This document shows, piece after piece, positions 37,705 to 47,642 of a stretch of 64,000 nt of DNA; position 1 is the first letter of the stretch, and every line of letters starts with the position of its first letter. Origin of the DNA: Phycisphaerae bacterium. Lineage in GTDB: Bacteria > Planctomycetota > Phycisphaerae > UBA1845. The position numbers and the translations under genes were made by a program. The stretch lies in the NCBI GenBank assembly GCA_963666835.2, contig CAXXGO010000006.1, positions 2,571,743 through 2,635,742 on the forward strand, given 5' to 3'. The notes under the pieces were generated by a model. That model saw nothing but the letters and a program-made list of their open reading frames with translations. It was not told the origin of the DNA and did not search any database.

Positions 37705-39993
37705 ATGAACGCGAAGATGGTGTGGAAAGTCGTTCTGGCGTTTACGGCTCTGCCGCTTACGTATGGAGCAGTGACGGCCGAGGCAGCGCCTCCGCCGTTT
37801 ACGTACCAGGGTCAACTTAAGCTCGAGGGGACGCCCGTGAGCGGGACCGCGGATTTCCGCGCGGAGGTCTACGGGCAAGCCACCGGAGGAACGGCGCTGT
37901 GTGCGTTGAATCCCGTCTACGGGGTGGACGTACAGGACGGGCTGTTTACGATTCAGCTCCAAGGGTGCGGCGACGTCTTCTCAAACCCTCCCGTGTATCT
38001 TGAGGTTAGTGTGGCGTTCCCGGCGGGCGGGACGTTCGTGCTTCTTACTCCTCGCCAGATGGTTACACCGGCTCCGATGGCGTACTACGCGTTCGAAGCT
38101 CCCAGTAGTGGAGGAGACTCGCCGTGGACTTCGGTCGGCGACGACATCTACTACGATGACGGGCAGGTCGGGGTCGGCACGACGAGTCCATCCTATGATC
38201 TCCACGTGGTCAGCAGCGGGGCCCGGGCCGTCTCGGCTACAACGAGCAACGTCGGTGGGCGGGCGTTGTTCGGGGAAGCGACGGCCGTCACGGGGAGCAC
38301 CGCCGGGGTCGTCGGTTCGTCCCGCAGTGTGAGCGGGAAGGGAGTCTATGGACAAGCCAATGCGTCTTCCGGAGTTGTGTACGGCGTTCATGGTGAATGC
38401 AATAGTACAAGTGGGCGAGGCGTCTACGGTCAATCTCACGCGACAACGGGAACTACATACGGAGTCTACGGCTCATCCGCCGGATCGAGCGGTCGTGGCG
38501 TCTACGGTTACAACGATGGCGCCGGTTTCGGTGTCTTTGGCAAGAGCAGCTCGGGCGCGGGTGTTTGGGCCGAGAGTAGCGGGTCCTCCACTCTCTACCC
38601 TGCGCTCTATGCGTACAACTCAAACGTCGACGGCATCGGAGTGTTCTCGACAACGACCAGCACTGATGCTAACGCGGTCTTCGTGAACCGGGGTGCCGGG
38701 CCGATTATCAAAGGTTTCAGTGGGTCTTCCGGGAACGACCACATCTTCGGCGTGGATAACGACGGACACGTCGGAGTCGGTCGGGGACCGTCGTCGGCGA
38801 TTCCGCTTGATGTCCTCGGTGGCAACAACTGGGACGTGGCGGGCGGCGACGCCGATCTGCGAATCGGAGACAGCAGCTACGGAATCAAAATGGGCGTTGC
38901 GCTCAATGGGCTGGGAGCGGGAAGCGCCCGGATCTTCGCTCAGGGCGGTAACCACAAACTCACTCTTGGCTCAAATGACGAGGATGTACTTACGATCGTC
39001 GACAGCAACACGACCACAAGCGGCGACGGCTACGTCGGCATCGGCACTCCGGACCCCGAACAACGATTGCACGTCGTAGGGAAAATGAAGGTCGAGGGCG
39101 TGGGTAGTGGTACGTCCGTTTGGGTCGACAACGGCGCCACTGCGGTTTATGGAGACGGATCCAATACCGGTGTCAAAGGGGTCGGCGATACGTATGGCAT
39201 GTACGCCAGCGGCGGCACGTACGGTCTTCGCGCGTCCGGGACTTCTTACGGCGTCTACTCCAGCAGCGACGCCGGGACTGCTGTTTATGGGTACGGAACC
39301 TCCGGTACGGGCGTCTACGGCAAGAGTAATACGGACATAGGGGTGAGTGCATACGCCGGGGGAACGGGAACGAGCAACCCGGCCCTGAAGGTCGAGAACT
39401 GGAACGCCGGTGGTATTGCGGTCTTCTCGACAACAAACAGTACTGACGCCAACGCGGTGTTCGTGAACAAGGGGACCGGGGACCTGATTAAGGGGTTCAC
39501 GGGTGCTTCCGGTGGGGACCTTGTCTTCCGGGTGCAGAATGACGGGAAGACATCTGTGAGCGTGCTGCAGATCACCGGCGGGAGCGACTTGGCGGAACAG
39601 TTCGACGTCACCGAAGATGCTCAGCCGGGGATGGTTGTGGCGATCGATCCGAAGAACCCGGGAAAGCTCTGCATTGCGCGCGGAGCGTATAACCGCCGGG
39701 TGGCGGGTGTTATCAGCGGGGCCAACGACTTGGAGGTCGGCATGGTCCTGGCCGACCTGCCGGGCTCGCAGAACTCTCAGCCGATCGCTCTTTCGGGGCG
39801 TGTGTGGGTCCGCTGCGATGCCACCGACCGCGCGATTGAGCCCGGGGATATGCTCACGACCGCCGACCGTCCGGGGTACGCCATGGTGGCCGCCGACGCG
39901 CGACGCGCGTATGGCACCGTGATCGGGAAGGCCATGAGCGGGCTGGATAAGGGGGCGACCGGCATGGTTCTGGTTCTTGTCAATCTGCAGTAG
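37705..39993 (+). CDS. tail-fibre-like secreted protein (Gly-rich GVYG repeats; C-terminal Peptidase_G2/IMC-like domain)
   Basis: After the signal peptide, the N-terminal FTYQGQLKLEGTPVSGTADFRAEVY...LTPRQMVTPAPMAYYA module is typical of tail-fibre-domain proteins. There are dozens of G(R/K)GVYG/YGVYG repeats. The C-terminus GGSDLAEQFDV..QPGMVVAIDPKNPGKL...RRVAGVISG resembles the DYAEYFE-type intramolecular-chaperone autocleavage domain. Confidence 0.7.
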   Translation: MNAKMVWKVVLAFTALPLTYGAVTAEAAPPPFTYQGQLKLEGTPVSGTADFRAEVYGQATGGTALCALNPVYGVDVQDGLFTIQLQGCGDVFSNPPVYLEVSVAFPAGGTFVLLTPRQMVTPAPMAYYAFEAPSSGGDSPWTSVGDDIYYDDGQVGVGTTSPSYDLHVVSSGARAVSATTSNVGGRALFGEATAVTGSTAGVVGSSRSVSGKGVYGQANASSGVVYGVHGECNSTSGRGVYGQSHATTGTTYGVYGSSAGSSGRGVYGYNDGAGFGVFGKSSSGAGVWAESSGSSTLYPALYAYNSNVDGIGVFSTTTSTDANAVFVNRGAGPIIKGFSGSSGNDHIFGVDNDGHVGVGRGPSSAIPLDVLGGNNWDVAGGDADLRIGDSSYGIKMGVALNGLGAGSARIFAQGGNHKLTLGSNDEDVLTIVDSNTTTSGDGYVGIGTPDPEQRLHVVGKMKVEGVGSGTSVWVDNGATAVYGDGSNTGVKGVGDTYGMYASGGTYGLRASGTSYGVYSSSDAGTAVYGYGTSGTGVYGKSNTDIGVSAYAGGTGTSNPALKVENWNAGGIAVFSTTNSTDANAVFVNKGTGDLIKGFTGASGGDLVFRVQNDGKTSVSVLQITGGSDLAEQFDVTEDAQPGMVVAIDPKNPGKLCIARGAYNRRVAGVISGANDLEVGMVLADLPGSQNSQPIALSGRVWVRCDATDRAIEPGDMLTTADRPGYAMVAADARRAYGTVIGKAMSGLDKGATGMVLVLVNLQ

Positions 39994-40092
39994 TTTTTGG
40001 CTGCTGCCGAAGCGGGAGGTGAGATCATGACAAGAATCAAGATGATTCTGACCGACACGTTCAGAGTGCGGTCCACTGCAGAGTCTGAGAAT

Positions 40093-41694
40093 ATGCGAAA
40101 GCTGCTGATTTCGGCGCCGGCACTTATCTTCGGTGTCTGCCTAATGACATCAATGGTTGAGGCTGACGAGAGCCAACTAGTTGCGGGCCGGGTTTCGCTG
40201 ATGGGGACGCTTCAAGTGCAGTGGGGAGACCCGGTTCCGCTCGATGCAGACCGGACGCCACAGAAGCGGTATACCTTACAACACGAGTCGGGCCGGGTTT
40301 TCGAGTTGTTCTTCAACGACGAGAAGCTTACGGAGTTAGAGGGACGGACGCTGCGCGCCGGCGTGGCGATCACCGTGAGCGGGGAATTGGCGGAGCCGAA
40401 GGACGATTGGATCTGGGTGGACTCTGTCTCGTTTCCGATGGCCGAGGTGGAAGGTGATCGACCCCGCGGCGTGTACGGGGAGAAGGTCTATGCGACCATC
40501 GCTTGCCGCTTCGCGGATTCGACCGGCACTACGCCGCGCCCGATGAGCTTCTTCGAGGATCTGATGGGCTCTACCGGTATGAACCACTACTGGGACGAGC
40601 TGTCATACGGATACATCAGCATCGACGGTAGTACGGTCGAGGGGTGGTACAACCTCCCGCACAATCGGTCTCACTATGTGTATGATATGGATGGCGACGG
40701 TGACGTAGACGCGGACTTGGAGGCTCTGGCGATAGACTGCACAGCTGAGGCGGAGGCCGACATATACTTCCCCGACCATGACGGCATCCTGATGATGTTC
40801 AATGAGGTTCTTGATTGCTGCGCGTGGGGAGGGGGGATTACTCTTAATCTCGATGGGCAATCCAAGGGGTATCGCGCAGGGTGGTTTCCACCGGCCGGGT
40901 TCAATCGGCAGGACGTTGTTGGGCACGAGATGGGGCACTCGCTGGGCCTGCCGCACTCCTCCGGTCCGTATGGGGCGACCTACGATTCTCACTGGGATGT
41001 AATGAGCTCCGGAGGCGCTTGCCGCAATCCTCATCCGACTTACGGGTGCATCGGAATTCACACGATTTCATACCACAAGGACATGCTCGGCTGGATTGAC
41101 AGCGACCAACGGTACGAGCCGGACATGTATGTTCCCGGGACGATCCCACTTCAGCGGCTCGCGCCTCCGGTGTTCTCGGGCAATTATCTCATGGCGAAGA
41201 TTCCGATCGGCGGGTCCTCCACCCATTTCTATACCGTCGAGACGCGGCTTTTTGTGGGTTACGACGAGGAGGTCGCGGCCGAGGCCGTAGTGATGCACGA
41301 TGTCGACACTACCAGGGGCAGCCATGCGCTGGTGGTGGATCCCGACGGGAACGGCGATCCGAATGACGCAGGCGCCCAGTGGCTGCCTGGGGAGAGCTTC
41401 TACGACGCTACGAACCACATAACCATGTTCGTCGAGCGAGAAATCTCTAATGGGTTCGAGGTTTCAATCTCCCGTTCCGCCCGGAATCCCACGTATGTCG
41501 ACCCGGACAACGGCGGTTTCGAGAACGGGACATCCAGCTATCCGTGGGACACGCTTTATGAGGGCGTGGTGAGTGTCGCGCCGTCCGGAACGTTGTACGT
41601 TGCACCCGACAACTATCCTGGGACGCGGACGATCAGGAAACCGCTCACCCTGCGGCGCGATGGGAGTTCCGGGACCGTTATCATCGGTGAGTAA
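40093..41694 (+). CDS. secreted metzincin-type zinc metalloprotease (M6/InhA-like layout)
   Basis: The ATG at 40093 gives signal peptide MRKLLISAPALIFGVCLMTSMVEA. The HEMGHSLGLPH motif is HExxHxxGxxH, followed by YDSHWDVMSSG. Confidence 0.75.
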   Translation: MRKLLISAPALIFGVCLMTSMVEADESQLVAGRVSLMGTLQVQWGDPVPLDADRTPQKRYTLQHESGRVFELFFNDEKLTELEGRTLRAGVAITVSGELAEPKDDWIWVDSVSFPMAEVEGDRPRGVYGEKVYATIACRFADSTGTTPRPMSFFEDLMGSTGMNHYWDELSYGYISIDGSTVEGWYNLPHNRSHYVYDMDGDGDVDADLEALAIDCTAEAEADIYFPDHDGILMMFNEVLDCCAWGGGITLNLDGQSKGYRAGWFPPAGFNRQDVVGHEMGHSLGLPHSSGPYGATYDSHWDVMSSGGACRNPHPTYGCIGIHTISYHKDMLGWIDSDQRYEPDMYVPGTIPLQRLAPPVFSGNYLMAKIPIGGSSTHFYTVETRLFVGYDEEVAAEAVVMHDVDTTRGSHALVVDPDGNGDPNDAGAQWLPGESFYDATNHITMFVEREISNGFEVSISRSARNPTYVDPDNGGFENGTSSYPWDTLYEGVVSVAPSGTLYVAPDNYPGTRTIRKPLTLRRDGSSGTVIIGE

Positions 41695-42106
41695 CTTGGG
41701 GCGAAGATCGCCGCATTGGGCGATGATTGACCATGCCGGGCGCGCGGGCGTTTTGGGGGATTCGCGAGGCGGCATCAGTGGTTCCGCATCTTGGTCGCTA
41801 TGCTCTCCCCGCCGCGCGCCGCGGATTACCCATTTGTGCGCGCAAATCAAGCAGGGCTGGCGTTGCGGGTAGGCGTGCAGCATTACTCATTCTTGCCCAA
41901 TTACTATTGAGTTACTTTCTCAGTGTGGGTAGAAGAGCGATAGCCTGAGTGCGTTTTCCGTGGGATTACCAGCGGCCTTGAGGGGCCGAGGTGCCTTGCG
42001 ATGATAGCGGGATAGACGGCGGTGTCTGGGGCTGGGTCGCGTCGCGTCAATGTCCGTGGTAGCCGCCGGCCAGGATCTCCGGCTTGGCAACGACAGGAAG
42101 TGAGAA

Positions 42107-42490
42107 GTGTCCCAGCGTAAGTCCGGCATGTCCCCAGGGCTCGGCCTACCACCGCTTGTTGTGCGCGCGCCTTTGTCAGATGACAGAACAGCGGCACTAT
42201 CCGATGCCCAGTGGGAGGAAGTTATAGACGAGCTCAGCCTGTCGGCACGGCAGGGCGAGTTGGTGCGCCACATCTTCAACGGCAAGAAACAGTTGGCAAT
42301 TGCGGGGGAAATGGGGCTCGGCCTCGGGACGATCAAGACGTACTTCCGAAGAGTCTATCGGAAGCTCGGAGTCACGAACCGGAGCGAGCTGGTCGCCAGA
42401 GTGCTGTTTGCCCATCTGATACTGGTACGTGAGGGTGATCTCGATGGGGCGACAGCCGCCCCGACGGTTGCCGTCGATGAACGGTCTTGA
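42107..42490 (+). CDS. LuxR/GerE-type helix-turn-helix transcriptional regulator
   Basis: LSARQGELVRHIFNGKKQLAIAGEMGLGLGTIKTYFRRVYRKLGVTNRSELVARVL is the GerE HTH pattern. The start is GTG at 42107 or ATG at 42128. Confidence 0.75.
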   Translation: MSQRKSGMSPGLGLPPLVVRAPLSDDRTAALSDAQWEEVIDELSLSARQGELVRHIFNGKKQLAIAGEMGLGLGTIKTYFRRVYRKLGVTNRSELVARVLFAHLILVREGDLDGATAAPTVAVDERS

Positions 42491-42707
42491 GGACTTCTTG
42501 CTGCCCGACTCGTCCTGCGGTGCTGTCGAACGGAGACTGTTGCGGCTTCGCGAGATATTCCCCTTGCACATAGGCTGCTTCTGGTAGTCCGCCGGCGATA
42601 ACTACATGCGTCTCGATCGCGGGGGCCGTCCGGCTGTTGCCGGACGGCGTGTCTCCCGCGATGTCGACGACGTTTCTTCGGCGATTTTCTGCCGAATAAG
42701 GGCAAAA

Positions 42708-45700
42708 CTAGCGTCTGTTCTCAGGACGCGCCGGTTTTCGCGAGACGGGTTCATCGATGGGCGTCGCCTCGTCCGCCATAAGTTGCAGGAATCTGTCCGG
42801 GATGGTAATGCTCCGATCTTGGGCAAACAGGGCGATGTCATTGGCGTCGAGGATGCCGTTGCCGTCGAGATCCGCGGCTTGCGCGGCAGGCATACCGACT
42901 GTCAGAGCAATGTCATGAACGGTAGCACTCGAATGCCCGATCCCGGCCAGCTCTTGTTGCTGTGCCGGCGATAGGTTGCCTACGCCTGCCGGTTGAATCC
43001 GGTAAGCCGTTTGGTTGCCGCGCGGCTCCGCTATCAGGTTCGAGGCGTACATCAGTGTCCGGCATCCGGCTCCCGGGTCATCACCGGTCTTGAGGAAGTT
43101 GATCAGGATGCAGAGGAAGTCATTGGTGGTGACGATTCCGTCGCAATCGAAGTCGGCGTGATACGGCGGGGGAGGACCAACCAGCTCATCTTCGCACCGG
43201 GTTATCACCGGGGTCGGCCAGGTCAGGTATTGCCTGAACAGGATTGCGTAATCGGTGATGTCGACGACGTTGTTGTTGTCAGCATCTCCGCAGCGCAGTT
43301 GGTTGGCGGCCGTTAGGTCGGCTACGAATTGCCCGCCCGCCGGGCGAAGATGGACCGTACGCCGAAGCGTGTGCAGGTCGTCTTTCACGCTGAGGCAATC
43401 CCAGGTTCCGTACGGTACGTCGAGGGATGCCGAGGCAACACCGTTCTGGAACGTCAGCTCTTCTGCAAACGTGGTTTCGGAGGCGGTGCCCGGGCAGGGG
43501 ACCCCGCAACTACTCAGGACGAAGCTGAGGCAGCGCGGACATTCCCCGTTCAGCTCCGCGGCTTCCGACCGGACTATCAGGTCGAGGATGTTGTCACCCC
43601 CGACAACAACTGTCTGTTGGTGGGTCGCAGAGCTGCCTTGGGGATCGGTGGCCGTCCAGGTTAACGTGGTCGTGCCTACGGGGTATTGATCGTTCCAGCA
43701 GTCCAACCCGTCATCGCGCTCACAGGTCGCCGAACATGACCCGCAGTTGTCCTCGCAGGTAGGTTCGCCCGGGTCGACGTGAGCTCCACATTCGCCCGGG
43801 TCGGGGGTAGCCTCGACGTCGGGCGGCGAGGCAACCGTGGGAGCTTGGCAATCGTCCACGATAACCGTTTGCCGGCATGTGGTCAGGTTGCCCGAAGGAT
43901 CGGTAGCCGTCCAGGTCAAGGTGGTTGGTCCTACCGGATAGGGGTCGTCTTCGCAGTCCTCACTGTCCTCCCTGCTACAGGTTACCGTGCATGCGCAGTT
44001 GTCGGTACACGCAGCCGACCCGGGGAAGACCACCGCCTGACACTGATCCGGATCGTTGCACTGCTCGACGTCAAGTGGGCACTCGATTTCCGGATGTTGT
44101 TCGTCGCTGACCGTAACCGTCGTCGTGCATGTGGCCGTGTTGCCCGCCTCGTCGGTTGCCGTCCACGTCAATGTAGTAACCCCGACGGGATAGGATGCGC
44201 TCTGGCAGTCCTCGCCGTCGTCGCGCGAGCAGGACGTCGTGCAATTGCAGGCATCAGTGCAGGTGGGCTCCCCGGGGTCAATTGCGATTTCACACGCATC
44301 GGGATCGACCGTGGCGGGGAGAGGGTCGCTCGGGCAGGTCAGGATCGGCGGGGAGTCATCGACTATAAACGGGATCTCGTCACCCAGCAGCGGGAAGTTC
44401 TGAGTGCCCAACGAGTCTGCCAGGTGTGTTGGAGATTCGTGATCGAGATCGAAAGCAATCGAGCCGTGGCCGGTACCGGCTCCGGCCGGCTTGGTCGACA
44501 GTAATAGCGTGGCCATTGGGTTGTCAGCCGCGGAGGCGGCTTCACCCAAGGGAATAGCCACCGCGTATGCGATAGTGCCGGTGCAGCCGTCCACCGAGAC
44601 CGCCTTGAAGATCTCGGCGGAGAACGGAGACAAACCGGAGGTCGGACACGGGGAGATCCCCGGGACGGAATGATCACCCGGGGCTATGGCCAGCAGATCG
44701 AGTAAGCATGCGTCGTATTCCAGGAAGAACTGCCCACCGATCATGTCCTGTCCGTAGAGATTGCGTACGTCAATCGTGACGCACAGATCTTGCCCGGACG
44801 AAAAGCAGGTCCTTTCGTTGTGCAGATTCAGCTCCAGCAACCCGCAACTGACCGGATCGCTCGTACATACGGCGGTCTCTTCGTCGCAGAGGTCCGCCGT
44901 ACACGCGATGCCGTCGTCGCATAAGCTGATGCCGGGCGTGCAGATGCCCGCCTCGTTGCAGAACTCGTCACCATCGCAAACGAGCCCGTTAGGGCATGGC
45001 GTGCCGGCGGGTTCATAGTTGGGCAAACACTCGCCGTCGCCGTTGCAGGTGTCGGGATGATCACAGGTGGAATCGGCGGGATCACCACATGGTGTGCCCG
45101 ATGGTAACAGCACATACGTGCAGCCTTCGATTGGGTCGCACGAGTCCTCGGTACACTCGATTTCATCATCGCAGACGAGGGGGCCTTCCGAGACGCAGCC
45201 GGCTGTAGTGTCGCAGTACTCGACGCCCGTGCAGGCGTCACCGTCGTCGCACATCTCGTGAAACGGTACATGCTCTCCACATTCGTCCGTTACTTCATCA
45301 CAACTGTCGCTGGTACACTCGATTCCGTCATCGCATCGAGTGACGCCGGGCTGGCATGTTCCGGCCCCGTCACAGGTTTCGTCGCCGTCGCACCATAGAC
45401 CATTGGAGCATGGTGCTCCCAGCGGCTCGATGTTCTCGTCGCAGTTGCCGGTGCCGTCGCAGGTGTCCGGTCTGTCACATGCGCTATCGCTCGGATCACC
45501 GCATGCCGTCCCCTGCGCCACGCCGGGGTGGATGCAAACGCCGCTGTTGCAGACGTCGTCGGTACATTCATTCCCGTCTTCAGTGCAACCGGTGCCGTCC
45601 GGTTCGTGGTTTGGCAGGCACACGCCCGCTCCGTTGCAGGTGTCGGGGGTAGTGCATTCGTCGTCTGTAGGATCACCGCAAGCTGTGCCGATCTCGCGGT

Positions 45701-47642
45701 TCGGGTGGATGCACACCCCGCTGGCGCAAACGTCGTCAGTGCATTCACTTCCGTCATCGGCGCAGTCGGTGCCGTCCGGCTCGTGGTTTACGAGGCACTC
45801 GCCCGCTCCGTCGCAGGAATCCGCTGCCGTGCAGGCATTGTCGGTCGGATCTCCGCACGGGGTCCCGACCTGTTTGTTCGGGTGAGTGCATCCGCCGGCT
45901 AAGCAAATATCGTCTGTGCACTCGAAGCCGTCATCACTACAGGCGGAATCGTCCGGCATGTGATTGTCCAGGCAAGTCCCGGCACCATCGCACGTGTCCG
46001 GGGCCGTGCAATCCGTGTCCGCCGGATCGCCGCAGACCGTCCCGGCCGGGTGTGGCGGATAGACGCATAGGCCTGCGTCACACGTGTCGCCCGTGCAGGC
46101 GTTTCCGTCTTCCGGGCAGTCCTCGTCTAGGCAACATTCGGCCGCGCAACTGGCGGTGTCGGCGCAGCATACCGGCGTGGGCTCGCTGCACGGGGCAGTG
46201 CCGGGTTGGCAATAGCCGTCGACACATGTCTCGGTACCGTTGCAGAACTCCCCGTCGTCGCAGTCGACCGGCGCGGGGCACGTTACCAAAGCGCACGCCT
46301 GGCCGTCAAACCACGTGCCTCCCGCTGCGGTACAATCCGTCTCAGAAACTGCGTCCGTGCAGCCCTCTTCACATTCGTGGCAGCACGCCCCGTCGTGCAG
46401 CGGTTTGATGTTCCGCAGTAGATACTCATCCGCTGTATAGCAGGCGGTCGAGGGACAGGCTATGTTGTCCAACGCGTACCAGGCTGTTTCCGGGCTGCCC
46501 CACCCGTAGTTGATATGGTATTGAGGCGAGCCGCCGGTATCTTGCCAGCCGTCGCAGATTACCGTATGACCAGTCAAGCCGTATATCATCGGTCGGCCGG
46601 CGTCGATCTCCGCGCGGATCAAACCGAACCAGTCTTCGGCCGTGTATGCGTCGCGTTCCTCTCTGATCATCCCCGGGTCAAAGCGGAAGTGGGTTGTGAG
46701 CACTTCTGACGCCGTTGTGGTTGAGGGGTACGATTGGCATTTACCGAAGTCGGTCCTCAAGGCTACGGCGACCTCGTAACAAAGCTCCGCTACGGCGGCT
46801 TCCTGTTCGGTGGAACAACCCGCCGTGCACTCGGTTGGCATGTTGGACCAATCGTAGGGGTCAGAGAAATCTGCGGCCAGGTTACTCCCTGGCACGAGCG
46901 GGCCGCACGAGTCGTCGCCGTCCCAAGTATAGAAGCCGTCCGGGAGTGGGTAGTTGCCGACCCCGGCCGGGGGCCACTGGTGGAAGTTCAACACTTGGGC
47001 AACTGCCGTGGCTATACCGGTCAAACGTGTTCGTGCTCCGTCCCCCATGGGGCACAAGTTGTTATAGGGGGCCGTAGGATGCCACGAAGTTGTCAGCAAA
47101 GGGCCCGCCTCCGCCAGGCCCCCGTTTGCTTTCACGGCCGGGCTTTGGGCGAGGAGCTTTGGAGGTGCGGTAAGCCGGTCCCATTCCTCTCGATCGGCTC
47201 GGTTGAACAACACCGAACCGGTGGCCGGCTGTAAGGCGTCAAGGCTGCCGTAACGCTGTTGATAGCGGGCGAATCTGTTCTTAAGATCCTTACGAAGAAG
47301 CTGCGGCAGACCGTCGGTTCGACTCAGGTCGAGGTCGCCGGCGTCGGAATAGGCGTGGATTGGCGGAAGTTCCTTCAATGCCGGCACGACGACGTAGCCG
47401 TCGGGCGAAATGGAGTAGCAGCTTGCGACCCACTGTTGTCCGGTGAAGATCCGGCGGGCCTGGGTGATGCTCGGCCTCGAGCTGCCGGCCCAGGTTCCGT
47501 CTCGTTGGACCGAATCGGCAAGCCAGTTCAGGCATACGGTCTGCATTTCCTGTTCGGTGGGTACTTCGCCGCGCGCTGGTAACACCATCGTAATGGACGA
47601 GCTTAAGGCTAGGGTAAACGCAACAAGGATCGTCATTCGCAT
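42708..47642 (-). CDS. giant secreted protein: peptidase C10-like domain, Cys-rich repeats, cohesin-like region, 3 HYR domains, dockerin-like repeats
   Basis: The ATG at 47642 gives signal peptide MRMTILVAFTLALSSSITMVLPARG. The C10 core is WHPTAPYNNLCP...LTGIATAVAQVLNFHQWP...GLTGHTVICDGW...YHINYGWG. There are 59-aa CGDP.D..C...D.CDGAG.C repeats and three ...YPVG.TTLTWTATD... HYR units. The C-terminus has D.D.DG..D..D repeats. Confidence 0.85.
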   Translation of the reverse strand: MRMTILVAFTLALSSSITMVLPARGEVPTEQEMQTVCLNWLADSVQRDGTWAGSSRPSITQARRIFTGQQWVASCYSISPDGYVVVPALKELPPIHAYSDAGDLDLSRTDGLPQLLRKDLKNRFARYQQRYGSLDALQPATGSVLFNRADREEWDRLTAPPKLLAQSPAVKANGGLAEAGPLLTTSWHPTAPYNNLCPMGDGARTRLTGIATAVAQVLNFHQWPPAGVGNYPLPDGFYTWDGDDSCGPLVPGSNLAADFSDPYDWSNMPTECTAGCSTEQEAAVAELCYEVAVALRTDFGKCQSYPSTTTASEVLTTHFRFDPGMIREERDAYTAEDWFGLIRAEIDAGRPMIYGLTGHTVICDGWQDTGGSPQYHINYGWGSPETAWYALDNIACPSTACYTADEYLLRNIKPLHDGACCHECEEGCTDAVSETDCTAAGGTWFDGQACALVTCPAPVDCDDGEFCNGTETCVDGYCQPGTAPCSEPTPVCCADTASCAAECCLDEDCPEDGNACTGDTCDAGLCVYPPHPAGTVCGDPADTDCTAPDTCDGAGTCLDNHMPDDSACSDDGFECTDDICLAGGCTHPNKQVGTPCGDPTDNACTAADSCDGAGECLVNHEPDGTDCADDGSECTDDVCASGVCIHPNREIGTACGDPTDDECTTPDTCNGAGVCLPNHEPDGTGCTEDGNECTDDVCNSGVCIHPGVAQGTACGDPSDSACDRPDTCDGTGNCDENIEPLGAPCSNGLWCDGDETCDGAGTCQPGVTRCDDGIECTSDSCDEVTDECGEHVPFHEMCDDGDACTGVEYCDTTAGCVSEGPLVCDDEIECTEDSCDPIEGCTYVLLPSGTPCGDPADSTCDHPDTCNGDGECLPNYEPAGTPCPNGLVCDGDEFCNEAGICTPGISLCDDGIACTADLCDEETAVCTSDPVSCGLLELNLHNERTCFSSGQDLCVTIDVRNLYGQDMIGGQFFLEYDACLLDLLAIAPGDHSVPGISPCPTSGLSPFSAEIFKAVSVDGCTGTIAYAVAIPLGEAASAADNPMATLLLSTKPAGAGTGHGSIAFDLDHESPTHLADSLGTQNFPLLGDEIPFIVDDSPPILTCPSDPLPATVDPDACEIAIDPGEPTCTDACNCTTSCSRDDGEDCQSASYPVGVTTLTWTATDEAGNTATCTTTVTVSDEQHPEIECPLDVEQCNDPDQCQAVVFPGSAACTDNCACTVTCSREDSEDCEDDPYPVGPTTLTWTATDPSGNLTTCRQTVIVDDCQAPTVASPPDVEATPDPGECGAHVDPGEPTCEDNCGSCSATCERDDGLDCWNDQYPVGTTTLTWTATDPQGSSATHQQTVVVGGDNILDLIVRSEAAELNGECPRCLSFVLSSCGVPCPGTASETTFAEELTFQNGVASASLDVPYGTWDCLSVKDDLHTLRRTVHLRPAGGQFVADLTAANQLRCGDADNNNVVDITDYAILFRQYLTWPTPVITRCEDELVGPPPPYHADFDCDGIVTTNDFLCILINFLKTGDDPGAGCRTLMYASNLIAEPRGNQTAYRIQPAGVGNLSPAQQQELAGIGHSSATVHDIALTVGMPAAQAADLDGNGILDANDIALFAQDRSITIPDRFLQLMADEATPIDEPVSRKPARPENRR

